Origin: Octopus sinensis
Lineage: Eukaryota
Reading direction: 5' to 3'
Length of the DNA stretch: 64,000 nt
Assembly: GCF_006345805.1 (NCBI RefSeq)
Contig: NC_043021.1
Coordinates: 18,538,001 to 18,602,000, forward strand
The notes beneath the pieces were generated by a model, which saw nothing but the letters and a program-made list of their open reading frames with translations, searched no databases and was not told the origin of the DNA. This document shows positions 1 through 12,408 of the stretch, one piece after another. Numbering within the stretch: the stretch's first letter is position 1; each line of letters opens with the position of its first letter. The position numbers and the translations under genes were made by a program.

Positions 1-215
1 CTTTGATGTGGCACTACACAGGCACTTTTATGTGACACCACATGGGTACTTTGATGTGACACCACACACGCACTTTTACATGGCACCTTCCTAACACCAA
101 CCACTTTACAGAGTGTGGTGGGTGCTTTAATGTGACACCACACAGGCACTTTTACGTGGCACTGCACGGGCACTTTAATGTGACACCACACAGGCACTTT
201 TACGTGGAATTGGCA
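1..215. repeat. Degenerate ~23-24-bp tandem repeat
   Basis: Repeated gtgacaccacacaggcactttta-like units. Confidence 0.7.
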
Positions 216-574
216 TGAGTGCTTTACTCCACCAGAAGGATCAGTCTTAACGTTTCTGCTGTGAGGTTAGGGTCTTCTTGAGTACAACCAGGCACTAGGT
301 ATCTTGCTCCTTCGACATCTCACCTGAAAGGTTAAGCATCCTAAGGTCTCTTTTCAGTACTTCATCCCCTGTCTCCCTGGGTTTCCTATATCTATGCATT
401 CCATCCACTTTGAGAGATCATCACTTCTTTAAGGAGCTTTTGGCATCCATTTGCACCACATGACCAAACCAGTGCAGTCCTCTTCTCTGTTGCACACAAC
501 AACCAATTCCTCTTATGCCTAACTTCTCTCTCAGAACACTGCCACTCTGTCAAACATTTACGTATATATATATC

Positions 575-810
575 ATCATCATCATCATTTAGCGTCCGCT
601 TTCCATGCTAGCATGGGTTGGACGGTTCAACTGGGGTCTGGGAGCCAGAGGGCTGCACCAGGCCCAGTCTGATCTGGCAGTGTTTCTACGGCTGGATGCC
701 CTTCCTAACGTCAACCACTTCGTGAGTGTAGTGGGTGCTTTTTACATGCCACCCGCACAGGTGCCAGACGGGGCTGGCCAACGGCCACGGACGGATGGTG
801 CTTTTTACGT
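575..810 (-). mobile_element. RTE 3' tail copy. Similar copies lie at ~2838-3040(+), 4074-4436(-), 12780-13000(+), 14196-14515(-), 25130-25360(-), 27255-27425(-), 47065-47215(-), 47710-48030(+), 50480-50800(-), 54443-54930(-), 57915-58340(-), 60950-61200(+), 61830-62065(+)
   Basis: Shared core catcatc gtttaacgtccgctttccatgctagcatggg...ctggatgcccttcctaacgccaaccac. Confidence 0.85.
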
Positions 811-841
811 ATATATATATACATATATATATATATATAAC

Positions 842-903
<62 letters not shown>

Positions 904-1174
904 CATACATATATATATATATACACATATATTATACCATATATATATACATATACATATATATATACATATATATATTATATATATATAATACTACACA
1001 TATATATATACACATATATATATACACATATAATATATCCACATATATATATATAATATATATACATTATATATATACACATATATTATATACACATATA
1101 TATAATACACATATATATATATACACATATATATATATACACATATATATATATACACATAATATTATATATAC

Positions 1175-1221
<47 letters not shown>

Positions 1222-1289
1222 CAATATATATTTATACATATTAATACATATATATATATATATATAATATATATATATATATAAATATT

Positions 1290-1471
1290 GAAGTATATTT
1301 GCCACCTAAATGTGGCTAACCCTTAAGGGTTGATGCTACTGTAACTTGTAGCCTCAGGGTGACATCTCCTCCAGCTGGCTATTGACACCTATCTGTGCCC
1401 TATCAGTATTTGAAAAGCTACAGTAGCATCAACCCTTAAGGATAAGCCACATTTAGGTGGAAAATTACTTC
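1290..1471. mobile_element. MITE-like foldback with ~53-bp inverted arms
   Basis: aagtatatttgccacctaaatgtggc..gatgctactgta versus tacagtagcatc..gccacatttaggtggaaaattactt. Confidence 0.75.
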
Positions 1472-1509
1472 ACGATGTCGTGTGGCTACTGTTTATACCT
1501 CACTCAGAG

Positions 1510-1566
<57 letters not shown>

Positions 1567-1568
1567 TT

Positions 1569-1760
1569 ACGGAGATGTACTTGCATAGCGAGTGACTGAT
1601 CTGAGATTGTGTGCTGGAACAAAAACAATTGCAGCGTGGAAGGTGTTTATAAGCCATTTAGAAACACGCAAAACCGTTAGATTCACTTCAACATATAAAT
1701 TTAATTTGTCAAAATTTTTTCGTCGCTTTCAGACCGCGACCTGTTCACTGACAAAGCTTC
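1569..1760 (+). repeat. Unclassified ~190-bp interspersed repeat (copies at 14857-15050 and 55672-55865)
   Basis: acggagatgtacttgcatagc...gaccgcgacctgttc shared by three copies. Confidence 0.8.
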
Positions 1761-1811
<51 letters not shown>

Positions 1812-1822
1812 CACCCTCCTAT

Positions 1823-2760
1823 TTATCAGGTCATTAAGAATGAAATGTGCGATTTCCTTATGCACCAAGTTTGACAGTTACTTTTATCCTGATAATTCTT
1901 TGTTTTACAATATTGAAGAGTTACATCATCACTTTCCAAAATGCAATTTATGGTGTCTGATTATATTGTGAGTTTTCTCTTGTAAATCAATTTTTGTGAA
2001 CCCATGGATAGATCAACAATTCATGTAGTTTATGAATATGAGTTCCGTCGTGGAACCAATGCATCCGAGACAGCTCTAAACATCAATGAGGTGTTTGGTG
2101 AAGATGTGGCAAATGAGTGCACTGAACGTCGATGGTTTGAGAAGTTCTGATCTTGAAAATCAGTCCTGTGGTGGACCTGAGATCAAGGTGAATAATGATG
2201 AGCTGAAAACTGTAGTGGAAGCGGATACATCTCAAACTACGCAAGAGTTAGCAGCAAGGTTTAATGTTTTGATTCCAACTGTATTGAACCATCTAAAACA
2301 AATCGACAAGGTAAAGAAGCTGGACAAGTGGGTACTACATGAACTGAACGAGCATCATATGGCACATCGTCTTGAAACTTGCTGTTCTTTGCTGTCACAG
2401 CATAAAAGCAAACTAATTTTGATTTGTATTGTTATGTGTGATGAAAAGTGAATTCTTTTCAACAATAACAAGCATTGTGTATGGGGATTGGATAGAGAAA
2501 AAGTGCCGAAACGCAATCCCAAAAAGGAATATTTACCAAAAAAGGCTAATGGTGTCTGCACCAACTGACAATCACATTTTCCAGGCATTAGACAACTTTT
2601 TGCAAGGAAAACTTTTCAAATCCGAAGAAGATGCAAAAACAGCCTTTCGTGATTTCATCACCTCTTTGCTCTCCAGAATTCTTTGCTGCCGGCATAAATA
2701 AGCTACTGATAAAATGGCAAAATTGTGTTGATAATTCAGGTGTATACTTTGATCAAGTGC
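1823..2760 (+). mobile_element. Degenerate mariner (Mos1-like) transposase relic with internal deletions
   Basis: MDRSTIHVVYEYEFRRG from 2004; KVKKLDKWVLHELNE, CDEK, APTDNHIFQALDNFLQGK, KWQNCVDNSGVYFD; ends approximate. Confidence 0.88.
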
Positions 2761-2800
2761 AATTTATCTATCTATCTATCTATCTATCTATCTCTTTGTG

Positions 2801-2840
<40 letters not shown>

Positions 2841-3339
2841 GTAAAAAGCACCATCCGATCGTGCCGTGTGCCAGCCACGTCTGCACCTGTGTCGGTGGCA
2901 CCTAAAAAGCACCCCTACAACTCACGAGTGGTTGGCATTAGGAAGGGGCAATCCCTGTAGAAACATTCCCAGATCCCAGTTGAACCATCCAACCCATGCT
3001 AGCATGGAAAGCGGATGCTAAACGATGATGATGATGATATATATATATATATTTAACATTTTTCTTGCTGGATTGCATGATCGTTTCTCTTTTCTTCCAT
3101 CTGTGATTTTATTTTTGATTTCCTCTGTCTGGCTGCTTTTCTCTCTACAAAATGGGAAGTTACATTGCAGCACAGCTATTTTAACGAGCTTATATTCATT
3201 TATCACTTGACGAGATATATCTGCACCACCAATGCTTCTGAACATCCCACCATTGCAGGATTGATGCTAGATGTGTCGAAACCATTGTTGTGATTATTAA
3301 TAAATTCTCATATGTTCCATCTTCCATCTTTCAATTGCC

Positions 3340-3371
<32 letters not shown>

Positions 3372-3390
3372 ATATATATATCCTAATATA

Positions 3391-3422
<32 letters not shown>

Positions 3423-3649
3423 TAATATATATATATATATATAATATCTATTATATATTATATATATATATAAATATATATATTATATATAATATATATA
3501 ATATATATATATATATGAGTATATATATATATAATCTTATATATATATATATAATATATATTTACTATATGGCGGTGCCAGCCTGGCACAGCTCATGAGC
3601 TGAACTAGAACAATCAATCATAATATAATATATATATATAATATATATG

Positions 3650-3680
<31 letters not shown>

Positions 3681-3961
3681 CATCATGAATATATATATTA
3701 ATGTTTGTATGTGTACTGTAATAAATTTAGAGAGAAACAATTGGTTTCATATCTAGCATGAACTAGACATCTCATCATTTTCTTGTTTTTGATCTTCATT
3801 TATATAGAAAATCAAAGATAAAATCTCAGATTGCAAAAAGGAAAATGAACATTCAATCCAGTGAAAAAGTATTTAAAAAAATATAATACATTAGACACCG
3901 ACAGACAGACAGATAGATAGATAGATAAATCGCAGTTAACTGTTCTCTGCAAAAGATATCC

Positions 3962-4020
<59 letters not shown>

Positions 4021-4436
4021 CATATATATATAATATATGCTAATAGAATATATATGTGTGTGTGTGTGTATGTCATCATCATCGTTTAACGTCCGCTTTC
4101 CATGCTAGCATGGTTTTGGACAGTTCGACTTGGGTCTGGGAATCCAGGAGGCTGTGCCAGGCTCCAGTCTGATCTGGCAGTGTTTCTACAGCTGGATGCT
4201 CTTCCTAACGCCAACCACTCTGTGAGTATAGTGGGTTTTTTTTACATCCACCAGCACCAGGGCCAGATGAGGCTGGCAGTGGCCACGATCGTTTGGTGCT
4301 TTTTATGTGTCACCGACACGAATGCCAGTCAAGCAGTGCTGCCATTGGCCACTTTCAGATGGTGCTTTTTACGTGCCACCGGCATGGATATCACAACTAC
4401 AATTTCCATTTGATTTCTATTTCGATGTTTGATGTA

Positions 4437-4536
4437 NNNNNNNNNNNNNNNNNNNNNNNNNNNNNNNNNNNNNNNNNNNNNNNNNNNNNNNNNNNNNNNN
4501 NNNNNNNNNNNNNNNNNNNNNNNNNNNNNNNNNNNN
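4437..4536. other. 100-N assembly gap with overlapping contig ends
   Basis: 3848-4436 is repeated immediately after the gap (from 4537 to ~5140). Confidence 0.9.
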
Positions 4537-4660
4537 AACATTCAATCCAGTGAGAAAAGTATTTAAAAAAATAATATACATTAGACAGACAGACAGACAG
4601 ACAGATAGATAGATAGATAATCGCAGTTAACTGTTCTCTGCAAAGAGATATCCTTAATAT

Positions 4661-4714
<54 letters not shown>

Positions 4715-4778
4715 TATTATACATATATATATATATATGTAATATAATATAATATATGTGTGTGTGGTGTGTGTGTAT

Positions 4779-6240
4779 GTCATCATCATCGTTTAACGTC
4801 CGCTTTCCATGCTAGCATGGTTTGGACAGTTCGACTGGGGTCTGGGAATCCAGGAGGCTGTGCCAGGCTCCAGTCTGATCTGGCAGTGTTTCTACAGCTG
4901 GATGCTCTTCCTAACGCCAACCACTCTGTGAGTATAGTGGGTGCTTTTTACATGCCACCAGCACAAGGGCCAGAGGAGGCTGGCAGTGGCCACGATCGGT
5001 TGGTGCTTTTTATGTGTCACCGACACGGATGCCAGTCAAGCAGTGCTGCCATTGGCCACTTTCAGATGGTGCTTTTTACGTGCCACCGGCATGGATATCA
5101 CAACTACAATTTCCATTTGATTTCTATTTCGATGTTGATGTACTTGACTCAATAGGTCTCCTCAAGCACAGTGGGTCACTCTACGATCAAAGGTTAGCGC
5201 AGCAGACCATCCTGTGAGCCACGAGCTCACTTCATTTGTCGTGTCTTCACAGTCACAGCATATCACAGAGGTCTCGGTCTTTCATCATTGCCTCAGTGAG
5301 GCCCAATATGCCACTGGCATGGCATCACAACTACAATATCCATTTGATTTTTGTTTTGATGTTGATGTACTTGACTCAGTAGGTCTCCTCAAGCACAGCA
5401 GGCTGCCCTATGATCCAAGGTTAGCACAACAGGCTGTCCTGCGAGCTATGAACTCACTTCATTTGTCGAGTCTTCACAGTTACAGCATATCACAGAGGTC
5501 TCGGTCTTTAATCATTGCCTCTGTGAGGCCCAACGTTTGAAGGTCATGTTTGACCACCTCATCCCATGTCTTCATGGGTCTACCTCTACCCTGGATTCCT
5601 TCAAAAGTTTGAGAAGGCACTTCTTCACACATCTCTCCTCATCTATCCATAGTACATGACAATACCAGTGCAAACGTCTCTCCTGCATGCCACATCCGGT
5701 GCTTCTTATGTCCAACATTTCTCTCAGGGCACTTACACTCTGTTGAGCATGCACACTGACATTACACACCCAGCGGATCATGCTAGCTTCATTTCTTTCG
5801 AGCCTACGCATGTCCTCCGCAGTCACAGTCCACGTTTCACTGCCGTGAAGCATGGCAGTTTGCACACATGCGTTGTACAATCTACCTTTCACTCTGAGCG
5901 AGAGACCCTTTGTTGCTAGTAGGAGAAGAAGCTTTCTAAACTTTGCCCAGGCTATTCTTATTCTCTGAGCATCCACCCACACTACTAACTTGGTCACCTA
6001 AGTAGCAGAAGCCATCAACTACTTCTAGTTTCTTCCCCTGAAGAGTGATGGAATCTGTTTTCTGAGTATTTGTGGTGTCTATTGCCCCTGTGCATCTGCC
6101 ACACATGAATGCTATATTCTCGGTTAATTTTCCTTTGATATTGCTGCACCTCTTATGTGTCCATAGCTTACACTGGGTACATCTTATGGAGGAGTTTCTA
6201 CCTACACCTTTTCTATAGATCAAGCAGGGCCACCTGCTAT
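4779..6240 (-). mobile_element. 5'-truncated RTE-clade LINE (RT C-terminus with PHD-like insert, 3' UTR, (GAT)n tail)
   Basis: ORFs 5936-6223 and 5572-5997: LEVVDGFCYLGD, AWAKFR, LYNACVQTAMLHGSETW, RRLHWYCHV; tail ...gcggacgttaaacgatgatgatg. Confidence 0.9.
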
Positions 6241-6777
6241 ATATAAATTATATATACATAATATTTATATATATATATATATATATATATAGGGAAAGTT
6301 TACGAAAAAAACAAAAGATGAAGACAGGTGGTGTACAAAACAAACAGATGTATTAGTATAATGCTCAGGAATGGAAAAAGTCTTTTATGTTTCGAGCCTA
6401 CGCTCTTCTACAGAAAGGGACACGGAAAAAACAAGGAGAGAAAAAAAATGTGTGTAGTGGCTAATGATCTATCATGGCGTCTGACTCGGACAGAATGGTC
6501 AGACAGGAGAGGGAAAGTAGGGGAAATAACAAGGTAAAGATGACCCCCAACACAAAGGTGTGTGTGTGTGTATAAGAGAGTATGTATGTGCATATGTAAG
6601 AGGGCTGGTGGTCTGCACGTGTGTGTGTATGTATGTAATATATAAATTACGACAATAAAATTGAATAGAGATACAATTGACAATCCAATAATCCATTTAT
6701 ATTATAACATACTATTCTATAGTTTCTTGATTTATACATAAATTATATAATATATATATATATATATATATATGGTG

Positions 6778-6820
<43 letters not shown>

Positions 6821-7039
6821 GGTGTATATATATAATATAATATATATATATATATATATAATATTATATATATATGGTGTATATGATAATATATATATAT
6901 ATGATATATATTATATATATATTATGTATATATATATGGAATGGCATATATATATATGGAATGGTGGTGCCCCAGCATGGCCACAGCTTGTGAGCTGAAA
7001 CTAGATGAAAATGAAATATATATATATATACTTCTGCTG

Positions 7040-8110
7040 GTACAAAGGGCCTCTCACTCAGAGTAAAAGGGTAGACTGTATGATGCATGTGCACAAACAG
7101 CCATGCTACACGGCAGTGAAACATGGGGTGTGACTGCTGAGGATATGTGTAAGCTCGCAAGGAATGAAGCCTGTATCATCCGATGGATGTGTAATGTCAG
7201 TGTGCATACTCGACAGAGTGTAAGTACCTTGAGAGAAGCATTAGATGTGGTGTGCAAGAGAGACGACTGCACTTGTATGGTCATGTGGCGAGAATGGATG
7301 AGGATAGCTGTGTGAAAAACTACCATACCCTAGCGGTTGAGGGAACCTATGGAAGAGGTAGACCCAGGATGAAGTGGTGAAGCACGACCTTCGAACATTA
7401 GGCCTCACCAAGGAAATGACTAGCGACCGAGACTTTTGGAAATATGCTGTGCTCGAGAAGACCTGGCAAGCCAGATGAGACCATAGCCCATAGCCTATGC
7501 CAGGAGTGTAACCAGCCCACTTATGCATACCTTTTCCTTTTTTGGACACTAAACTTTGCTTGCAAAGACCTGTTGAGGCAAGTGAAATCAAAATCAAAAT
7601 CATTTCGATGACTGGCATCCGTGCTAGCGGGGTGCAAAGAGCACCATACAAGTGTGATCCTTGACAGAGCGGCTATTCGAGTATGATCGTTACCAGCGTT
7701 GCCTTACTGGCACTTATGCCCATGCTAGTAGGGTGCCAAGAGCACCATCCAAGCTTGATCGTTGCCAGAGCAGCCAACTGGCTTCCATACCTGTGGCACA
7801 TAAAAGGGCACCATTCGAGCATGATCGTCACCAACGTCGCTTCACTAGCACCTGTGCCGGTGGCATGTGTAAACAGATTCGAGCGAGGTCATTGCCAGTA
7901 CCGCCTGACTGGCCCCCGTGCTGGTGGCATGTAAAAAGCACCCACTACACTCTCAGTGTGGTTGGCGTTAAGAAGGGCATCCAACTGTAGAAACTCTGCC
8001 AGATCAAGACTGGAGCCTGGTGCAGCCATCTGGTTTGCCAGCCTTCAGTCAAAACCGTCCAACCCATGGTAGCATGGAAAGCGGACATTAAACGATGATG
8101 ATGATGATGA
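7040..8110 (+). mobile_element. 5'-truncated RTE-clade LINE of the same family
   Basis: MLHGSETWGVTAED..ARNEACIIRWMCNVSVH; same 3' UTR and (GAT)n tail; this links the many short tail copies to the LINE. Confidence 0.9.
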
Positions 8111-8240
8111 TATACATGGTGTATATATATAATATATGGTTATATATTATATATATATATATTATATATGGTTGTATATATTATATATATATATATATGG
8201 TGTATATATATAATATATATGGTGTATATATAATATATAG

Positions 8241-8300
<60 letters not shown>

Positions 8301-8867
8301 GGTGTATATATATAATATTTCTTTACTACCCACAAGGGGCTAAACACAGAGGGGACAAACAAGGACAGACAAAGGGATTAAGTCGATTACATTGACCCCA
8401 GTGCGTAACTGGTACTTAATTTATCGACCCCGAAAGGATGAAAGGCAAAGTCGACCTCGGCGGGATTTGAACCCGGAATGCAACGACAGACGAAATACGG
8501 CTACGAATTTCGCCCGGCGTGCTAAGGTTTCTGCCAGCTCGCCCATACCAGTGGCACATAAATATATAATATATATATATATATTTCTCTCTTCAATCTT
8601 ATCTCTTTTCAAAGAAAATATTTCTCCCAGTGTTCATTATTTTCCTCTCGTTCTGACCCTCCGTGTTTGTTTCTGTTCAGTTTCCTTGCATGTCTCCACT
8701 GTCTTGTTTATGTTCCCAACTTTGACGGCTGCCAATTTGCACGATACTGGTATCTGCCACAACTGCGATTTTGTTTGGCTTGATGGGTTTTCTTCTCAAG
8801 CACAACATAATGCCAAAGGTCTTGATCATTGCCTCTGAGAGACCCAACACTTGAATGGATTCAGCCA

Positions 8868-9310
8868 CGTTGCTTCTGTGAGGCCCAACATTTGTAAGGA
8901 GCTCAGCCACTTTGCCTCCGTCAGGCCCAATGCTTGGAAGGAACTCAACGATTTTGCTTCCGTCAGGCCCAACGCTTGGAAGGAACTCAATGATTTTGCC
9001 TCCTTCACGCCCAACGCTTGGAAGGAACTCAAGGATTTTGCCTCCGTCAGGCCCAACCTCGAGAGGAGCTCAGCCACTTTGCCTCCGTCAGGCCCAATAC
9101 TTGGAAGGAACTCAACGATTTTGCTTCCGTCAGGCCCAACGCTTGGAAGGAACTCAATGATTTTGCCTCCTTCACGCCCAACGCTTGGAAGGAACTCAAG
9201 GATTTTGCCTCCGTCAGGCCCAACCTCGAGAGGAGCTCAACCATTTTGCCTCTGTCAGACCTGATGCTCAAAAGGAACTCAGCCACTTTGCCTCTATGAG
9301 GCCCAACATT
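8868..9310. repeat. 42-bp minisatellite (~10-11 units) inside an RTE relic
   Basis: Unit cgtcaggcccaacgcttggaaggaactcaatgattttgcctc; a higher-order block of ~4 units is duplicated. Confidence 0.9.
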
Positions 9311-9699
9311 CAAAAGATGTTATTTATGTGCCACTGGTATGGGTGCACCTGGCTTGATGGGTCCTCTCAGGCACAGTACATTGCCAAAGACCTTAGTCAC
9401 CAGTCATTGCCACTGTGAAGCTCAAAGTATGAAGATCATGCTTCACCACCTTGTCCCATGTCTTCTTGGGTCTACCTCTACCACAGGTTCCCTCCTCAGT
9501 TAGAGATTGGCACTTCTTTCACAGCCATGCAGTATGGTTATTCGTACACTGACATCAAATAATCTGCCTTTCACTCTGAGAGAGAGAGGCCTTGAGAAAA
9601 GATTTTTTAAAACTGAAACTTGTTAATTATGTAAAACATATTTACAAAAAGCAGATTTACACAAACTTGACAGAAAGAAGTTATTGTATTTAATTTTAA

Positions 9700-10010
9700 T
9701 TTAATTTAATTTTTTTGGCTCAAAAAGCAAAAGCAAGGCCATGTAGAGGGACATGGAGTTATGTACAGGGAGGGTGTTCATACAAAGAGTTCAGGCCATT
9801 TCTGGTCAAGAGAGACTTTGAACCAAGCGGTCGTCGGCATCTTCACTATCTCGCCCGGCAGCTTATTCCACGGATCCACAACCTGGATGGAGAAAGCCCC
9901 TCTCCTTCGATTGAGATGAAATCGTCGTAGATAGAGCTTTTTGGAGTGACCCTGCAGCCCACGCTCTGGAGCAGGAGTAAAGAACAGCTCTTTCGAGAGG
10001 TTACACTTTT
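9700..10010 (-). mobile_element. CR1-clade LINE 3' end
   Basis: RGLQGHSKKLYLRR..RGAFSIQVVDPWNKLP..FKVSLDQKW resembles the CR1 ORF2 C-terminus. Confidence 0.8.
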
Positions 10011-10105
10011 TGCTTTTAGCTGTTTTCAAAGTTTTCACACACAACTTTTATAAGGTAACACTTAGAGAAACATTTATTTTTATTAGTGGTTTTCACTATT
10101 TCTAG

Positions 10106-10467
10106 TTATCTTCACCTTAGTGAAGGTGGAGGTGTTGTTTCCAGTCATGTTTGTTTGTTTGCTTGTCCGTGGACAAGATATCTCAAGAACCGCTGGATGA
10201 AACTTTCAGGGATGTTTGGCCTTGTGACTGGCACAAACTCATTAAATTTTTGAATCGATCCGGTACCAGACAAGGATTCTGGATTATTTTTCCAGTTTTA
10301 TTTTACTTAAATTTTGAGAGCGGTCAAGTTCATTTTTAGTATTCTGGTTTGTGAGAGCAGTTGAGTTTCTTTCAGATATTCTCATTTTAAAAATCATCGG
10401 CTAATCGTTGAGAGGACACTGGTGTTGCCTTGGCAGAGGTCTCTGCTCTCTGAGTGCTCTTGTTTAG
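10106..10467 (+). mobile_element. Helentron-associated (HINE-like) element
   Basis: Degenerate subterminal IR ttatcttcaccttag / ccttggcagaggt, (TTTG)n microsatellite, 3' hairpin gctctctgagtgc. Confidence 0.55.
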
Positions 10468-11235
10468 TTTTGGATTGAGAATTCTTATAAAGTATTCTGT
10501 TGCCTTTCATATTTAATTATTTCTTACCTATATTTTGAATTTTCCATAGCACACATCTAGATGAGTCTCTGATTTGTTGCTTATGCATCCAAATCCAATC
10601 ATTTAATTTTGTTTTACTGTAATGCAGTTAATGAAAGTTTTTGCTTTGCTACTTCAGTTTGCACTTTATTTTAATTCCTTCCCATTCTTTAATTTTTTGG
10701 TTTTAACCTGTTTATTCAACTTACACATCCCACAACAAAGATCTCCACATTTTGTTACCTGCATTATCTCTTCTACTTATATGAATTTTGCCTTTCATAA
10801 GGGCCTTTTCAGATTGTCTTCATCTGTTGTACAGCATGGAAAATACACCAACAGCATCACCCATTTTATTTTAACATCAAATTTTAAAACCCTTCAAACT
10901 TGGGACCTCTCGCTTTATGCTCCTTACATTAATCAAACTCACAACAACACGTAAACACATTGCAGTATGACTATTTTGCCAGTTTCATTTAACAAATCAA
11001 AGAAGAAAACTGCCTCATACCTTTCATAGTGTCTGGACAAATTCCCTCAAAAATAGCAGATAAACCACTTCCTCCTCCTGGATACGTTTCAACCAGTGGA
11101 CAATTCCTTGGTTGAGTGGACAATAGACATAATCTAAGCATCACTGAAAGGACACAGCCAAGTGATATTGTTAAATCAGGCATTACTGGGCAAATTCTGG
11201 CCAAAATATATCTAAGCTTGGCTCTGTGTGTGTTA

Positions 11236-11845
11236 TCATCATTTAACGTCCGTTTTTCATGCTGGCATGGGTTGGATGGTTTGACATGGAACTGATAAGG
11301 CCAGGAGCTACACCAAGTTCCATTGTCTGTTTTGGCATGGTTTCTATGGCTGGATGCCCTTCCTAACATGCCAACCACTTTACAGGTGCTTTTAATTGGT
11401 ACTGGATACTTTTAGCATAGCACCAACACAAGGGCCATTTAAGTGACACCAGTATCAATTCTGCTGTGGTGGATGGGTTCTCTTGAGTATGGCAATATCT
11501 TGGTCCTTAGTCCCCTTCTTCATAAGGCTCAGTGTCTTGAGATTGTTGGTCAAGACTTTATCCCATGTCTTCCTGGGTCTCCCTGTTTCACATGTTTCAT
11601 CCACTCTCAGTGATCGGCGCTTCTGTATGCAACTGTCCTACATCCATACACATCACATGACCAAACCAGTACAATCTTCTCTCTTGCACACTGCATCCAT
11701 TCTTCTCATGTCCAACTGTTCTCTCAATACACTGGACACTGCCCATCCAGTGGAGCATACTAGCTTCATTCCTCTCCAGTCTTTGCATGTCTTCTACATT
11801 CAGGCCCATGTCTCACTACCATGTAGCATTGCTGTATGTATACAT
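11236..11845 (-). mobile_element. Older RTE LINE fragment
   Basis: VEDMQRLERNEASMLHW..RRLYWFGHV on minus, plus a tail at 11236. Confidence 0.75.
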
Positions 11846-11847
11846 TG

Positions 11848-12335
11848 AAATCGAAATCAAATTCGATGACTGGCATCTGTGTTAGTGGAGTGCTAAGAGC
11901 ACCATCCGAGCGTGATCATTGCCAGAGCAGCTGACTGGCTTCTGTGCCGGTAGCACATAAAAAGCACCTTTCAAGCATGATTGTTACCAGTGTCGCCTCA
12001 CTGGCACTTGTGCCGGTGGCACGTGAAAAAAACATTAGAGCAAGGTCATTGCCGGTGCCGCTGGACTGGCTCCTGTGCAGGTGGCACGTAAAAACACCGT
12101 TTGAGCATGGCTGTTGCCAGTACCGCCCGACTGGCCCTTGTGCCGGTGGCAGGTGAAAGCACCCACTACACTCTCAGAGTGGTTGGCGTTAAGAAGGGCA
12201 TCCAGCTGTAGAAACTCTACCAGATCAAGATTGGAGCCTGGTGCAGCCATCTAGTTCGCCAGACCTCAGTCAAATCCTGCAACCTATGCTAACATGGAAA
12301 GCAGACGTTAAACGATGACGACGATGATGAGGATG
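11848..12335 (+). mobile_element. RTE 3' UTR/tail copy
   Basis: Matches 7590-8110 and ends in (GAT)n. Confidence 0.8.
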
Positions 12336-12369
12336 ATACATGCATCATACAATCTTCACTTCACTCAGA

Positions 12370-12408
<39 letters not shown>

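Noticed and set aside
3733-3786. Hammerhead-like motif on minus (ATGATGA, 8-bp stem, GAAACCAATTGT)
   Set aside because: C3 is A, helices I and III are imperfect and the cleavage triplet is poor; too decayed to call.
8868-9310. Possible CRISPR-like arrays (also 42503-42882)
   Set aside because: Units are contiguous with no unique spacers, the context is eukaryotic, and no cas genes are present.
8851-9313. Repeat-protein ORFs on both strands
   Set aside because: A by-product of the 42-bp (multiple of 3) minisatellite in a LINE relic; no splice or expression evidence.
11236-12335. Apparent twin-priming inversion of one RTE insertion
   Set aside because: Each half has its own (GAT)n tail, so these are two adjacent insertions.
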